DNA from: Paraphysomonas bandaiensis
Lineage: Eukaryota; Protista; Chrysophyceae
Length of the DNA: 64,000 nt
Reading direction: 5' to 3'
Assembly (NCBI GenBank): GCA_965644295.1
Contig: CBFFRP010000134.1
Span: 222,294 to 286,293, forward strand
Shown: positions 1-13,185 of the stretch, one piece after another
How positions within the stretch are numbered: the stretch's first letter is position 1
Layout of the letters: every line of letters starts with the position of its first letter
Notes under the pieces: model-generated
The model's database searches: none
What the model saw: only the letters and a program-made list of their open reading frames with translations
Told to the model about the DNA's origin: nothing
Program-made: the position numbers and the translations under genes

Positions 1-785
1 AGTCTTTGACCCTCTTCACTGCACTCGGTCATGGCTTCTTTCATTGCCGGTGACCAGTACGTGTTCATATCATTTCCTGGACGATGATTCAGGCCAACTT
101 TGAAATATTTTGAGTGCATGTATTTACAGAGGGGAAGATCATTCTGTTTATGTTTAACAAGCGCAAGGGAAGAATCAACAAAGCTGAGCTGTCTCTGTAG
201 TATCACATCGTCTGGGCAATTTTGGAACGGGACACCAGCAATCACCACATAGTGGGAAGCGTTTTCCCGACAACACTTCCTATCGTGATCTGTCTGGCGT
301 CTAGTGGGAAGTAACGGTATGTCCAATTCTCCATCGGGAGGGATCATGTGGAAATTACCAATGATACCAGAACTTGTTGCAGTTCGAACAGTAATACCTC
401 TGCTGAAGTCTATCCTGAGTTGGTCGTTGAAGTCTGATAGTGGTGGCAATAACTTTTGATTATACGCTTGCCTCGCTACGCCCTCAACGAGTGCATGCAA
501 GAATGCATGACCTTTGACACGCCAGATATTACTATCGTCTTCAAAAAGATTACCTCCTGGAATCTAAAAAAAATGTTATATTAAAACATCTTTAGCAGTA
601 ATTGCAGTAATTCTCACCCAAATCGTTAATTGGTCTGTCGAAGAAGTTAACTCGGACCGATTTACAGAGAATGCCTGTGCTTCCTCTCGAAATTTAGTCA
701 AAGCGACAATTTTTACTCGCACCCACAGACCTTCTTCTATTTCAGAGTTTTGGCTGTCTGATGACATGCTGCGAATGACAAACAT
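1..785 (-). CDS. Hypothetical protein, 5' part (runs off window start)
   Basis: Exon 618-785 (56 codons), phase-0 GT-AG intron 564-617, then a stop-free frame from 563 to 1 (IPGGNLFEDDSNIWRVKGHAFLHALVEG...). No family recognised. Confidence 0.7.
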
Positions 786-963
786 GTGAGAGAAGGTTGC
801 TTCAACACATTGTAGAAGAAATCACCTTGATTTGCAGTGCTTATCATGGTAATTGTGGGTTTATGGTACTGTTTAATGTAGGTGAGCAAGTTTTGTAATC
901 GCGATCAAAGAAGATTGAAGAAGAGAGAAAAAAAAGTTTTTTTCACACCCGCTCTCCCTCACA

Positions 964-964
<1 letters not shown>

Positions 965-994
<30 letters not shown>

Positions 995-1036
995 TGTATG
1001 TATGTATGTATGTATGTATGTATGTATGTATGTATG

Positions 1037-1066
<30 letters not shown>
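965..1066. repeat. (TATG)n microsatellite, about 25 units
   Basis: Read directly from the sequence. Confidence 0.99.
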
Positions 1067-1067
<1 letters not shown>

Positions 1068-1515
1068 GTACGTTATGGAATACGTTCCATCTTACATACA
1101 AATACGATGTACGAACCAGTTTCTGGAGATTCGCAGATTTCTCGTTTTTTTGATTTTCTATTCTACGTATTTTCTATATAGCAGCAGTATATATAGAGTA
1201 TATAGAGTATATATAGTGTACTGCTGTATCTCTCTGTACACAGTCATTCAGTTAGAGTGACCTACTTCTACATGCCTATTCGTTGCTCTCTACACTTATC
1301 ACACTCCTACTACACTCAACATATCCATTCTAGACATAACAACATTAACAATGGATTGATTTTGAAATATATCATCCATTAGAAGGGTATAGTTGTGTGT
1401 ATTACGCCCATATAGCCATATAGCTACTAGCATAGCTGTGTATGGTCATCGAGTAGTTAACTATACATATATAAGACTATCTACCTTATAAAATAAGGTT
1501 TAGATACGTATTATA

Positions 1516-4297
1516 ATGAATACAGAGTATGAATCCTGTAGTTTCAAAGAGATATCGACTCCTAGTCATAGTGATGATAGCAGACAGAGTGGTACTGAGC
1601 AGGCATCTCACACTGTCACAGATGTAAATGTCAAGTTACTCAGTCAATTACATAATCCACAACTTAATAAATTATTATCAACATTGGCATCAAATGTTCC
1701 ACTATGTAGAGCCGAGTATGTCAAAGAGAACCTCATGACTCGGCTAGTGTCGACAGCTCGGACTCCAACAGTACGTGCTGATATGATGATATCGTGAACA
1801 TATATTCCATTAATTATGTCAATAGGATAGAACTGAGGTTGAACATTCTGGATCTAAAGGAAGCCCAGAAAGCGGTACGGGTTTATCTGGTGGTACACGT
1901 AAGACATCCAGGAAACAAGACCTCATTTGCACCACTACTATTCCTGAGCACGATCCTGCGTCATCAAGTGTCCCATCCGAGCCAAGTCCACGATTGTCTA
2001 GCTGTCTCGCGAGTTTACTCAGCCCATCTAACTTTAATTCGCCCAAACGACAGCGGGTTTTTACGTTTGACCCTCATGATATTGATGCCTCCTGTCGGGT
2101 GAACGAAAGTCCCCGTGATGCTGTAGTTGGTGCCTCCGTTACCCCTAGAACACCCACTGCTGGCGGCCTGGAGGAGCTTGATGCAGATATGTATGCAGAA
2201 CTTATGGAAGCGGCTAGAGAGGCAGGTTTTTTTGCAGAGACTCCAAGAAACGTACGTCGGGATGGGGGCAGTCAGGTCCCTTTAACTCCTGGGATAAGAC
2301 ATGTCGCTGAGTCATCGGAACAAACCACATGCGAAACATCGCAGCCTATATATGTCAATGCCTGCATTCCTACATCTCCTGGAAGTGCCCCACCTCCTGT
2401 TGTTCCCACAATACGTGACCTTGATAGTGTATTAAAGAGGAATCGCATTAGCAGTACTTCGATACGCCCACCGTTTTCCTTATCTGCTCCTCCTCCCCCT
2501 GTTCCACCGTCCGCTCCAGCCCCGCCCTCTGCTCCGATGAATGAAGATGAATGGAACGCAACACCAGAAGCACCTTCTTCTGCTGCTATTGTGCACGACT
2601 GCTGTGGAGTACTGGACTGTGGGGGAGATGTTACTCGAACTGTTCAGCCTCTTCCCAGCATTCCCGCCGCACTGCGATCTCGCCCTCTAATGACATGCCC
2701 GTCATCACCCGTTCACTTTGCTCATGTAAATAGTGCTTCCGCCCAACAGCGGAAAGATATTGATCAACTTCCAGTCAGTGAAGAAGGTGGGCTGCCTGAA
2801 TATTTTTAGTTAGAATTACATGTCGTATAGTAGGCAGTGATACGGCTTCCAACGATGGCAATGTGGTCAAGGCCACTGACGAAGCTGAGAAGTCCCTTGT
2901 TGTACTTTGCAAAGTTTTTGTACATCACTACAAAAGTAAATTTCCTTTAGATAGCAATAATACGGTATCAAGGTAGTAAATATATATAATGTGGCAATAT
3001 TTTAACGATTATCTCAGTGCAGAACAGGGGGAATCGGGGCCATGTACTCCCAGCGAAGAGGATAGAACTATCAACGTACCAATAGAGTGTAAGAAGTTCG
3101 CAGTGTCAATTAGACGACTTCAAAATCTCTTGAGACTCTTGGAATGTGTTGGAGTGGTGCGTAAACTATATTTTATTAAATCTTATGGATTTAACGTTTG
3201 GGCAGGTCGCTCGTATCACTCCGAGAAGATTCACGTGGATGGGGTTTGAACATATCGCATCTCAATTTGGTGACCTACAGGTAAGAATAGCTATATGCCG
3301 TTGGAAGAGTTTTAATGAGTTGTGATTTATTTAGGATGACGCTATATCAATTTTTCCTCAGCGCGCGGCCAATATGGGTTTTTCAAATGTTCCTAGCGCT
3401 ACCTCGCAGACATCTAATAGTTATGAGACGAACAAAGTGGCCCCGTCGGATTCAACAGAAGATGTTATAGCGGATTCATACTCCACTAGAACATCGTCAT
3501 ATTCGGGAACATTATTTCGTAACAATTCGCCTGCCCTGGTTCCTGTTTCTGAATATTCAACGGGATATTTACAGATCGCCGCCGCACCTCGACCCCCCCC
3601 TCCAGTACTTCTACCGCGTAGTACCATGCCCGATGAGAAGTACCCTTTAGAGCAAGTTTGTCGAAATTTTATTCAGTTATTTTTATTAGGGGTGAGTAGC
3701 TCATTTCTTTAATATATATAAATTTGAAGTTGTATATAGGAAAATAGACTTCGTGTGCAGGCTGCAAAAGATATTTTGCGGTCCTCACGAGTTGATAACG
3801 AGAGTATTGGTCCGGATCGACTCAGGCGGACAAGTAGCACTAGCAGCAGCAATGAGGATGCTAAGAACAAGGTTGTGGACATATTTTTTACATTTTCGGT
3901 TAGTATTAACACCCTCAATAGGAATCATCACTTTCTAGAAGGCTTCATGATGCTGCTAGCGTCCTGTGTGCCTTGGGTATATTAGAAAGAGTGGTAGAGG
4001 TGAAATTGTGTTAATCTATTTTATCTCTTCTGCTTATTTTGTTGATAGAAAACGACACAAGGTCGACGTACCGTGTTCTATAGCTGGAATTACACGGATC
4101 CTATTAAAATACGAGAGGTCTACATTGCTTCCCCAGCGTATGCAGAGAAAAGGCAGCGTGTAATATCAGCGCAGCAGAAACCTATGAATAGGCTCCTATT
4201 GTCCACGTAAGTATTAGTTATTACACCTTATGTTCTGTGTCGTAATGGGTGCTGCAGGACTTGTATAAAGAAGCGCAAACATGAGGAACAGATATGA
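1516..4297 (+). CDS. Atypical E2F (E2F7/E2F8/DEL-like) transcription factor with two winged-helix DNA-binding domains; multi-exon
   Basis: Spliced DBD1: EKSLVVLCKVFVHHY...VSIRRLQNLLRLLECVGVVARITPRRFTWMG. Spliced DBD2: EKYPLEQVCRNFIQLFLLG...AAKDIL...SRRLHDAASVLCALGILE...GRRTVFYSWNY. Both follow the E2F/DP pattern (KSL..LC..F; RRxYDxxNVL..xG; W). Pro-rich N-terminus, C-terminal KKRK, stop TGA 4295-4297. Confidence 0.8.
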
Positions 4298-4470
4298 TAA
4301 ATGTGGTTATCATATATCGTTGGTGTATAAAATGAATGTTTCATACGTATTATGCTATTTAATTTTTTACGTATAAGTAATGTTATGAAATTTTAACGTT
4401 CAGCTAGACGTGTAATAGAAGAGCAAAATCAGTTATCAGATATGAATAATAAAGTAGGAATGCTAGATAC

Positions 4471-5608
4471 CAGGGCTTCGTATCAATTAATTGTCAATTA
4501 ATTGACGCAGGTTGTAGTCAATAATAATTGCAATTATTATTACTTGCTGTCTCAATTTCAACTATTGCATTCCAGAGGCAACAATTCATGCGTAGAAACA
4601 TAATTAGCACTAAATGTTGAGGAGTCAAGCTCTTGCGCAAGCCCGTTATAACAATCGTAGCTCTACTGAACAACCTCTCAACCTTATTGGTTGTGCTATG
4701 CAAGTGTTTCACCCGTAACGAGTTAGCTGGTTAAGTCTTGCTCGCTTCCGCTGCCTGCTACCATCAAACAAAAGTTGCGCTGCGTCGTCATCCGGAGCTA
4801 GACTCGCACCGTCATAATCTTCTTCTTCCTCATCGAACAAATATATTTTAGTTTGATCCTTTGCCGTCCGAGTTTCGGCTTCGTTGCCACATTGAATCTC
4901 CACGACTGCCTTTTCGAAAGCAGCGTTATGAATAATAGCAGCACTGTCGCCCAGATGACGCTCAACAATCGGGTGAATTATGAAGGGTTCGTCAATCAAT
5001 GTACTAACGTCGTGGAGGTCAAGCTGGTGTTAACCTTACTTCTGTAATTGTACTACACTTATTTATATAATACAGGACATAATATACATATAATGTATAA
5101 TGTATACTCTGTATATAGGTGGAAGGTGGACAGTTCTACAATTAGACTTTTAACACGTCGGAACCAAACTCGAATGGTCGCATATGATTAGATAGAAGCA
5201 AGTAGCGATCAATCACGGAAAATGTGGAGCCCCTTTTTCTGCAGGACAAGTTAAATCTCTATCGCAGCCTCTTCGTTATTATTATCATCATTTACTTTCT
5301 CAAGTAGCACTCGTGCAATGACTTCTGGTGCCAATTTGTCGCTCCTAACCCTAATTAATTAAATGAATTACTATGTGAGATAATCCTATGGATATTATAG
5401 TCTTCCACCAATCTTCGAATTTTATCCTAAAAATTGGATTTTTTACTAAAAATGCCGTTTTTAACAACTTTTCAGCATAAAAAGGTGGGTTTTTAAATAT
5501 CAATTAATTGAAGCTAGCTGGAATCGATTATAATTGAAATTATGATTTGATGTCCCAATTTCAATTATTGCAATGATTTGAAAATCAATGAATTGATACG
5601 CAGCCCTG
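4471..5608 (-). mobile_element. Non-autonomous hAT element (deletion derivative)
   Basis: 23-bp TIRs cagggcttcgtatcaattaattg / cagggctgcgtatcaattcattg; 8-bp TSD CTAGATAC at 4463-4470 and 5609-5616; remnant of hAT C-terminal dimerisation region (TTNKVERLFSRA...RKSLTP...FLRMN..LW). Confidence 0.9.
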
Positions 5609-5719
5609 CTAGATACTAGTTATTCTTTATTCTTCCATTCCAAATGAGTATCGATACTGCGAAAATAAGCGCAAGTAGTAGTTAAAATGAGCTGCAACTG
5701 CTTAACACGATATAGATAA

Positions 5720-6571
5720 TTATTTAGTAATATGATCAATCTGCTGACTAGGAAGCTTAAAACTTGGAGGTTTGGGCATCGGAGGGATCCGAAGCGCCTT
5801 CATAACCACAGGATGTTTCAGCAAAATGTTTTGCGATATGGCATAAAGACTCGACGGTATCCAGTAACAGAAAACCCCACACGGCAGAGTGGTGGTCATC
5901 GGAAGGGCTACCAGGACACAGCACTGGAGAAAGTCTTTTATCATGGGCATATACACTCCAGCCCCACCTCGGAATGCCAACTCGAGAGCAGTATACGACA
6001 CAGCCATGCCTGCCACAGGTAGTATGAATGTCGGATCGGAGACACTCAAATCCTCAAACCATAACATTCCGCCAATACAAAGATCTCCTGTCTCATCGTG
6101 CGCAATCATATCCCGAACAGAGAGCACAAAAGACAAGAATACTGAAATGTTAATGATAGGATACATTATCATTGGTGTAATCGACGCATCGTGTATTACT
6201 AAACTAGCAAGAAATCCTTTTTTAAATGATCTTATTGCTTGTTTCTTTTGTTCATAAGTATTCGCTGATTTTGGTGAAAGATTTTGCATCAATAACTTAT
6301 AAAGTGTCGCAATTTCAGGCATTGCAGTCGAAATTTTTTGAGATGCAATAATTTGTAATCGAACTAATGGTAATAATGAGGTTCTAACAAGTACAGTTGA
6401 TAAAGCTAATGTTGCCCACATTGGAAGGTCTGTAAGTGCTTGAAATTGAGTGAGTCCACTCTGTATAACTGAAAATATTCGTCTGTTTTGATGAGTTAAT
6501 AATGTCTTAACAGGGACAGTATTGAGTCTACCAGAGCGGGTTAGAGATAACATGCGAGATGAGGATAACAT
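5720..6571 (-). CDS. YidC/Oxa1/Cox18 family mitochondrial membrane insertase
   Basis: Intronless 283 aa; basic/Ser presequence; motifs PMWATLALSTVLVRTSLLPL, GGMLWFEDLSVSDPTFILP, PCGVFCYWIPSSLYAISQ. Confidence 0.9.
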   Translation of the reverse strand: MLSSSRMLSLTRSGRLNTVPVKTLLTHQNRRIFSVIQSGLTQFQALTDLPMWATLALSTVLVRTSLLPLVRLQIIASQKISTAMPEIATLYKLLMQNLSPKSANTYEQKKQAIRSFKKGFLASLVIHDASITPMIMYPIINISVFLSFVLSVRDMIAHDETGDLCIGGMLWFEDLSVSDPTFILPVAGMAVSYTALELAFRGGAGVYMPMIKDFLQCCVLVALPMTTTLPCGVFCYWIPSSLYAISQNILLKHPVVMKALRIPPMPKPPSFKLPSQQIDHITK

Positions 6572-8186
6572 TGTAAGGAAAAATGGAGTATGATGATGTA
6601 TAATGGGCTGTGGATGAGTGTATATATATATGAGAGTTAAGTGCTATGGATGCATAGTGTATGATAGTATAGAGGGGGAATACGTGCATTGCATGTGGAC
6701 GGCTGGGATAACACCATTGAGGGTATGTACTTATCTATTCTTGTACTTAAGTACAATAGAGGGAGACATTTACTTGGATGACTGGGATAGAGGGAATGTA
6801 CTTATCTATATTTGTACTTAAGTACAATAGAGGGATACGTCGAGTGGAAGGCATGTTGTCGTACTAACACATATGTACTGCTGTACGTATCTGTCGCTGT
6901 ATAGTATACACACTGTACGTACAATCCACGTACAAGTGTACGGTATCTAGATATGGATGATATCCTCATAGAAACAACACTCCACACTCCACTCTACCCA
7001 CACTCATCTTCTACCAACCAAACCAATATATATACAAATGGTGGCATGTCCACAAGTCCTGCGTTTCCCTGGGTAACGTGCCAGCAGAGGGAGGTGATTA
7101 ATGGATGCAATGGTCATTATTGTGACGATTAGATATTCATTTATGTTGAATACTTGCAACTATGCTCAAATTGGTTGACTTGGCTTTTAATCCAGCATGA
7201 ATCAGCTTTTCCAAATTAGCCGTACATGTGGACATTGTACTGGCCAGGTATTTGTATGGACATATATTAGTGAATGTATGACAGGGTGGCTTCAAACTTG
7301 GGTCCAGCCTGTACCCCATCGCCCCGCCTCCGATGTGGCGTTCGCTGTAGCCTGATAGATTGCTCGAGGCGGCTTGTACATGGCGTACTACATGTTTTTT
7401 GGTGGAACTATTCGATTAGGGTTATCAGTACCTATGGGATTAAATAACTATGGTGCACACATGGAAGGAACATGGTCGGGCCTGTGTCGCCAATGACACT
7501 GAATAATGTTGAGCACAAAGGATTTGTTCACTCTGTGAGATTAAAGGGTGAGAGTTCGTTGGCAATAACAAACTTAACATCTCGACAATGATAGTCGTGA
7601 TAATAGAATCAGCATATATTCAACAACTTCGATATTCAAGTTTAGTAGCGTTAAGAATTAAGAACGTTGCTCATCCCTTGGGGGGCACTATTTGTCGCCA
7701 TATACCAATTACCAATTAATTGTTGCCTGAGCCTGATCATAGATCTATATCGTAGCTACTGCCCATCTGTTCATCACTTTTATGAAACCTTAGATGGTGT
7801 ACGATCTTAACATTACATATATTTCACGTGCACTACTATTATTCTATTACTTCGCTCACTAATTTAAATCTTGCTGTTTTAAACTACTGTATTCAAGCTA
7901 CGTTCATAATTCAGAAACCTTAACAGTCAACTGCTTACAAAGAAGCAAAACTCAACAGTCTGAAACAAGGAATTTAGAGTAGTTATAAGATGTTTACAGT
8001 GACCACTGCTACTGTTTCATCTACATATCTTTGTACCTAGGTACCTAGATATTAGATATATCAACTGGCTGCATAGTAATCCTCGGAAGAAGATATAATA
8101 TCGAATGCAATGTGAGGTTGTTTTGAGATTTAAAGTAACTTCTTATTACACCCATTGAAGGGAGAAAGACAGTGGTTTAGTAGTAA

Positions 8187-9230
8187 TCAAAGTTTATCAA
8201 TTGAGTACATGGATCTACTGTTAAAGCCGTTCTCCAACAGCGATGAGACCGTATCTCTGACCATCTCGTCCACAGAACGATAGTTGATACCAAGCAAATT
8301 TGTGCTGGGTGACACATCAAACAGCAGTGGGTTTGGTGGTGCTTGTCCCATGACAGGAGGAGGAAGAGTATCATTCAAGGTAGTAGGGACGTTTCCTTTC
8401 ATATTATCAGGTAGTGCATTCCGGACTGACTCGGCGATATCTTTTTGATGAGGAGTTGCAGAGATAAGCAAAAATCGTCGACCCCAGGCTTCATCTCGTT
8501 CGAGAGCAGCAATATGAGCTTCTGCAACATCTCTGACATCAACAATTGCTTTACAGGCATTTTCTATTTCCGCCATACTTCCGTCTAGATATCCGACTAT
8601 AGCAGCCGCAGAGGTGTTGAGGTGAGGTTGTCCAGGGAGTTGTGGGCCCAAAATAAGAGTTGGGTTCATAACCGACAGTTGGTACGGACATCCAGGCTCC
8701 TTGCTCATCGACCAAGCAAGTTTCTCAGCGAGAGTTTTCGACAGCGAATACCAGTTAGATTTCTCCCGCAGTACATCTTCTGGGGACCAATCCTTGTCGG
8801 TGTACACATGATCCGCAGATCTGGTGCCATAATCAACATAAACACATGCCGTAGATGCAGTCAATACAACTTTTTTGACACCTAGTTTTGCACAAGAAGA
8901 AAGAACATTCCGTGTACCTTCTACAGCAGGTCGTACAAGACTCTCTTCAGATCCACCTGCAAAATAAAATGGAGATGCAGTATGTAACACACATTCACAG
9001 CCTGTCATAGCCTCTTCAAAAGCACCAGGCGATAATAGATCAACTCCAACGAATATATTAAGACGCTCTGCAGCACCTGATAATGTACGTAAGAATTGTG
9101 CTTTCTCTGCTGATCGGACTGTTGTATGGACTGTATAGCCTCTGTCTAGTAACAGCTTTACACACCATGAACCAAGAAAACCAGAGCCACCAGTGACTAG
9201 AATAGGAGAGGAGGTTATTTGTGATGACAT
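8187..9230 (-). CDS. NAD(P)-dependent epimerase/dehydratase, dihydroflavonol-4-reductase / cinnamoyl-CoA-reductase-like SDR
   Basis: Rossmann motif VTGGSGFLG, HTASP, catalytic YSLSK (YxxxK), VDVRDVAEAH; 347 aa, intronless. Confidence 0.93.
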   Translation of the reverse strand: MSSQITSSPILVTGGSGFLGSWCVKLLLDRGYTVHTTVRSAEKAQFLRTLSGAAERLNIFVGVDLLSPGAFEEAMTGCECVLHTASPFYFAGGSEESLVRPAVEGTRNVLSSCAKLGVKKVVLTASTACVYVDYGTRSADHVYTDKDWSPEDVLREKSNWYSLSKTLAEKLAWSMSKEPGCPYQLSVMNPTLILGPQLPGQPHLNTSAAAIVGYLDGSMAEIENACKAIVDVRDVAEAHIAALERDEAWGRRFLLISATPHQKDIAESVRNALPDNMKGNVPTTLNDTLPPPVMGQAPPNPLLFDVSPSTNLLGINYRSVDEMVRDTVSSLLENGFNSRSMYSIDKL

Positions 9231-9299
9231 TGCAGAGAGATGGGCTGATATGAGTGTTATGGAGAATGAATGCGATGATTCTTATGCTATGATGCTATG

Positions 9300-9679
9300 A
9301 TACATACATACATACATACATACATACATACATACATACATACATACATACATACATACATACATACATACATACATACATACATACATACATACATACA
9401 TACATACATACATACATACATACATACATACATACATACATACATACATACATACATACATACATACATACATACATACATACATACATACATACATACA
9501 TACATACATACATACATACATACATACATACATACATACATACATACATACATACATACATACATACATACATACATACATGCATACATACATACATACA
9601 TACATACATACATACATACATACATACATACATACATACATACATACATACATACATACATACATACATACATACATAC
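9300..9679. repeat. (TACA)n microsatellite, about 95 units
   Basis: Read directly; one TGCA variant near 9581. Confidence 0.99.
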
Positions 9680-9860
9680 TGTACATATATGCATGTATTT
9701 TCCAGTTTTGTTACGGAAAATCCCTTGTTTTAACATAACTCTAGCCTAGTTTTACTCCTCACTAAATCAATGCATATGCAGCATATCAATCACTTAACAC
9801 ACCTCCAATCCCATCTTACAGTCTCAGACACAATCCTGAGATATCCCTATAATATCGAGC

Positions 9861-11223
9861 ATGTTTACTCGTACACATAATATTAATTATCATACAAAAT
9901 CTGTAACAGCTCTGAAGTATTCATCTGATGGGTGTCTATTAGCATCTGCATGTGAGTGTTATTGCCATACAGTCCATACTATACTTAATATATATATATA
10001 TAGCTGCGGATCAGACATGCGGTATATGTGATGTAAATAATGGCAAGAAGGTAGCAACACTTAATGGAAGGCATACAGAGGGTTTGAATGATGTCGAGTG
10101 GCTATCTAATCGCTATATAGCGACAGCTTCAGATGATAAGAATATCATTGTTTGGGATATTGAGAAAGTAAATTCTTTAGATATCTTAGTTTGTTTTTGA
10201 CATTCTGTAGGGGGCGGCTATATCTACGTTATCAGGCCACCAGAACTTTGTGACTTCTCTTTCGAGTCATCCATCTCAGAGTTTGCTGTTGTCTGGGTCG
10301 GAAGATGAGACTATTCGTGTGTGGGACATAAGATCTACTGGTAGCTGTGTATGCACAGTTCCTGCTCACTCTGAGCCGGTGACCTCCGTGCAATTTCATC
10401 CATCTGGTATGTGTACCGGTACCAGATGTTAAGTACTTAGATTGTTTGTGTGCAGGCTGGGACATGCTCAGCTCCAGCTACGATGGACTTCTCAGAGTAT
10501 GGGATGCGCGAAACGGTGCTTGCCGGAGAACAATACAGCACGAAAATCAGACCCCTATGTGCGTACATCATACTATAATTCGATTTTCTTTGGTCACATT
10601 GTATTAGTGCCCACGCGACGTACTCTCCCAACGGCCGCTACATCCTGACGAATGCCTTAGACAGTACTTTGCGACTAATTCGACCACTAGCAGGCGAGTC
10701 AGGACCGAAAGAAGGTCCCCGGGGTACTTATCGGTGTGCCGTTGGAAGAACCTCGGAGATGAAACGGTTCACTGGACATGTCAGTACTCGTTTCGCTTCT
10801 CCGTCGCTGTTCATACCAGGCTCTAATGGAACTCTGGATGAGAACGATAGAGAAGGACAGATAGCTTCAATAGAAGACAGCCAGGAGCCACAGAGTAAAA
10901 AGAAACAAAAAGGACGTAGTAATCTAGGAGATAGAGACCTAGTTGTAAGCGGTTCGGAAGACGGCGGGGTTAGTTGTGTATCGTAATACCGATTTCGTGT
11001 GACATATATGTACTTGTAGATATATATGTGGGACCTGAACACACAGAAGGTAGAGGCCGTTTTAGAAGAGCACCAGGGTAAGTTAAATCATACCTCCGTA
11101 AAGTTTTTCATGGTAAAATTAGGTCATATCCTTGCTTTGGATTATAATCCGGCTCAAAAAATGCTTGCATCTGGTGGTGGTGGACAAGATTTCAGCTTCA
11201 ACATATGGGCCCACTATTCTTAG
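9861..11223 (+). CDS. WD40-repeat protein, WDR5-like; multi-exon
   Basis: Spliced: HTKSVTALKYSSDGCLLASA..., HTEGLNDVEW...ATASDDKNIIVWD, GHQNFV...LSGSEDETIRVWD, PAHSEPVTSVQF, SSSYDGLLRVWD, YSPNGRYIL, VSGSEDG. Colinear with the WDR5 repeat order. Confidence 0.8.
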
Positions 11224-13185
11224 TATATTTAACTTGTTCGTATGTGTTCGCGTATAAAAAGTGTGCTGGTGTGTTTACTGCAAGATTTTTTACTCTTCTA
11301 AATTATGGCTTTATACTTTATAGAGATACCTGTCAATGAATTTGTAAGAACTATTGTAGTGATCGAAATCTATTTTATTAGACTGTATTTTAGATCTACA
11401 CAGTAGAAATCACCGCTTTACTCAGCTACTAGTACATTTATAGTATAACTAGTACTGTAGCGAGAAGCGATAAATATAAATACAACGAGCCTATAGTGAA
11501 GGTATTACGGCTACGACAGCTAAATTGTAATATTGTCGTAGTCATTTTTTTGAGTTCATAGAGGCCTGAGATTAATATTTACAAATACAAAAAATAACCT
11601 AAAGGTGTCTATGAAGTCTATATCTGTTAAAGTAAATACTAAATAAAGATTGAATATACCCCTAAAATTTAGAGGAAGTTAGCGCTATGTCAGCATTCAG
11701 TATTCTAATATAGAAACGTTTATTATAAATCTACATCTAGTTAATAGATATCCCAAATATATGATGTGCTATACATAGCAACCACATAGTCGTCTTGTGT
11801 AATAGGTCTATTATAAATCCCTAGAAAGCCTCATTCACAAAAGTTGGTATGTGGACTCCCTCGCATGGAGCTATGCTTACAAAACTTTCCTCTGCAGATA
11901 ATCGCGGGCACTATTACACAAAATTACGACATCGAAACGTGAGCACTTCTCATCATTGAATACAAAATAACGTTGAACAATAACACAGTAGATGTTTTTC
12001 GAGTTATTTTCCCAGACCTTATTGTTTCCAGACGATCCATATCCGACTGTCATGGGCTGAAGTCCGTAGTAGGAGCGTAGCCTTGTATCAATATCTTGCT
12101 TGGACTGATATTGTCAATACAATATATTATTCAAACCACTCTAGTTATGGAATAATGAGTTCATAGCAGTAAAGCTATACCAACGCAACATTCAGCAATT
12201 ATAAATAAAGGGGATAGAAGAAAGGAAACATATGCATGAGGACTCCACTGTCTAACAAGTGAATCTGCAGACCCATGCGGTCTCAACACACAATATTCGT
12301 GACTATAAAAAGTTTCCCTTCTTAAAAGTCATGAAACTTTTGTTTATAACTGTTCGAGGTGCTGGGACAACACCCGCCATTGTCCCCCTCGCTAGCTATA
12401 CATAGTCATTGTCCTGTCATGCTCCAACATGACCACATGGAATTAAGGTGATGTTTCATCTACTATCAATGCATCTCTACTCTCTATCATGCCTGAATAG
12501 TCGATAATGGACACTATATATTACCACTTAAAGATATTCTTGATGATATTAACGTAAATTCCTATATGTTATTTCATGCGCTGCTGTGTTTTTTTTGAAG
12601 ACAGAGCAGACCTGGTCGGTAATAATGACCGCTCAGGGTCTCAGGTCTTGCGGTTATATATAGAAATCATCGGATAAGCTCGAAATTTACCCTAAAATTG
12701 TGTGTTTTAGGGGTAATTTTTTCCATTATTACCCAGAATTAATAATATACCAGAGTGTTTGCGATATCAAATATAGTACTTTTGTATTTTTGGATGAATG
12801 AACCTAAAAAAAAACATGATAATACAAGGGGTGGTCGTCTATATCGATTTCATCAATATTTAATTTTCATTGAAAAGTCATTGTTTTTCAGTGAAAAGTG
12901 AAAAAAGTGACTTTTTAATGAAATAAAGGATGACTTTTCAATGATAAACACCCCCAGAGAAATAAAAGCCTCAGAGAGGTGTATGTACAGTATGTACAAG
13001 ATGAGTATGATGTTTGGCTGATGCAGAATTGATAATGAAGTGCTTAATGTGTATCTTGTAGAGTCATTCACTTCACTCATACAATCAGAATATATTTAGA
13101 TACATACACACACATCTATCTGCATATACATATACACTCATACACACACATCTATCTGCATATACATATACACACTCATATCATA

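Noticed and set aside
882-1260. MYVC/IHTY-repeat ORFs here and at 9282-9749 and 56412-57219
   Set aside because: Translations of (TATG)n/(CATA)n microsatellites, which have no stop codons in any frame.
7038-7500. Coding-like, higher-GC stretch downstream of a promoter-like region
   Set aside because: No consistent spliced frame or recognisable family; at most a decayed gene.
11850-12450. Possible minus-strand gene remnant
   Set aside because: Stops in the frames I tried and no motif recognised.
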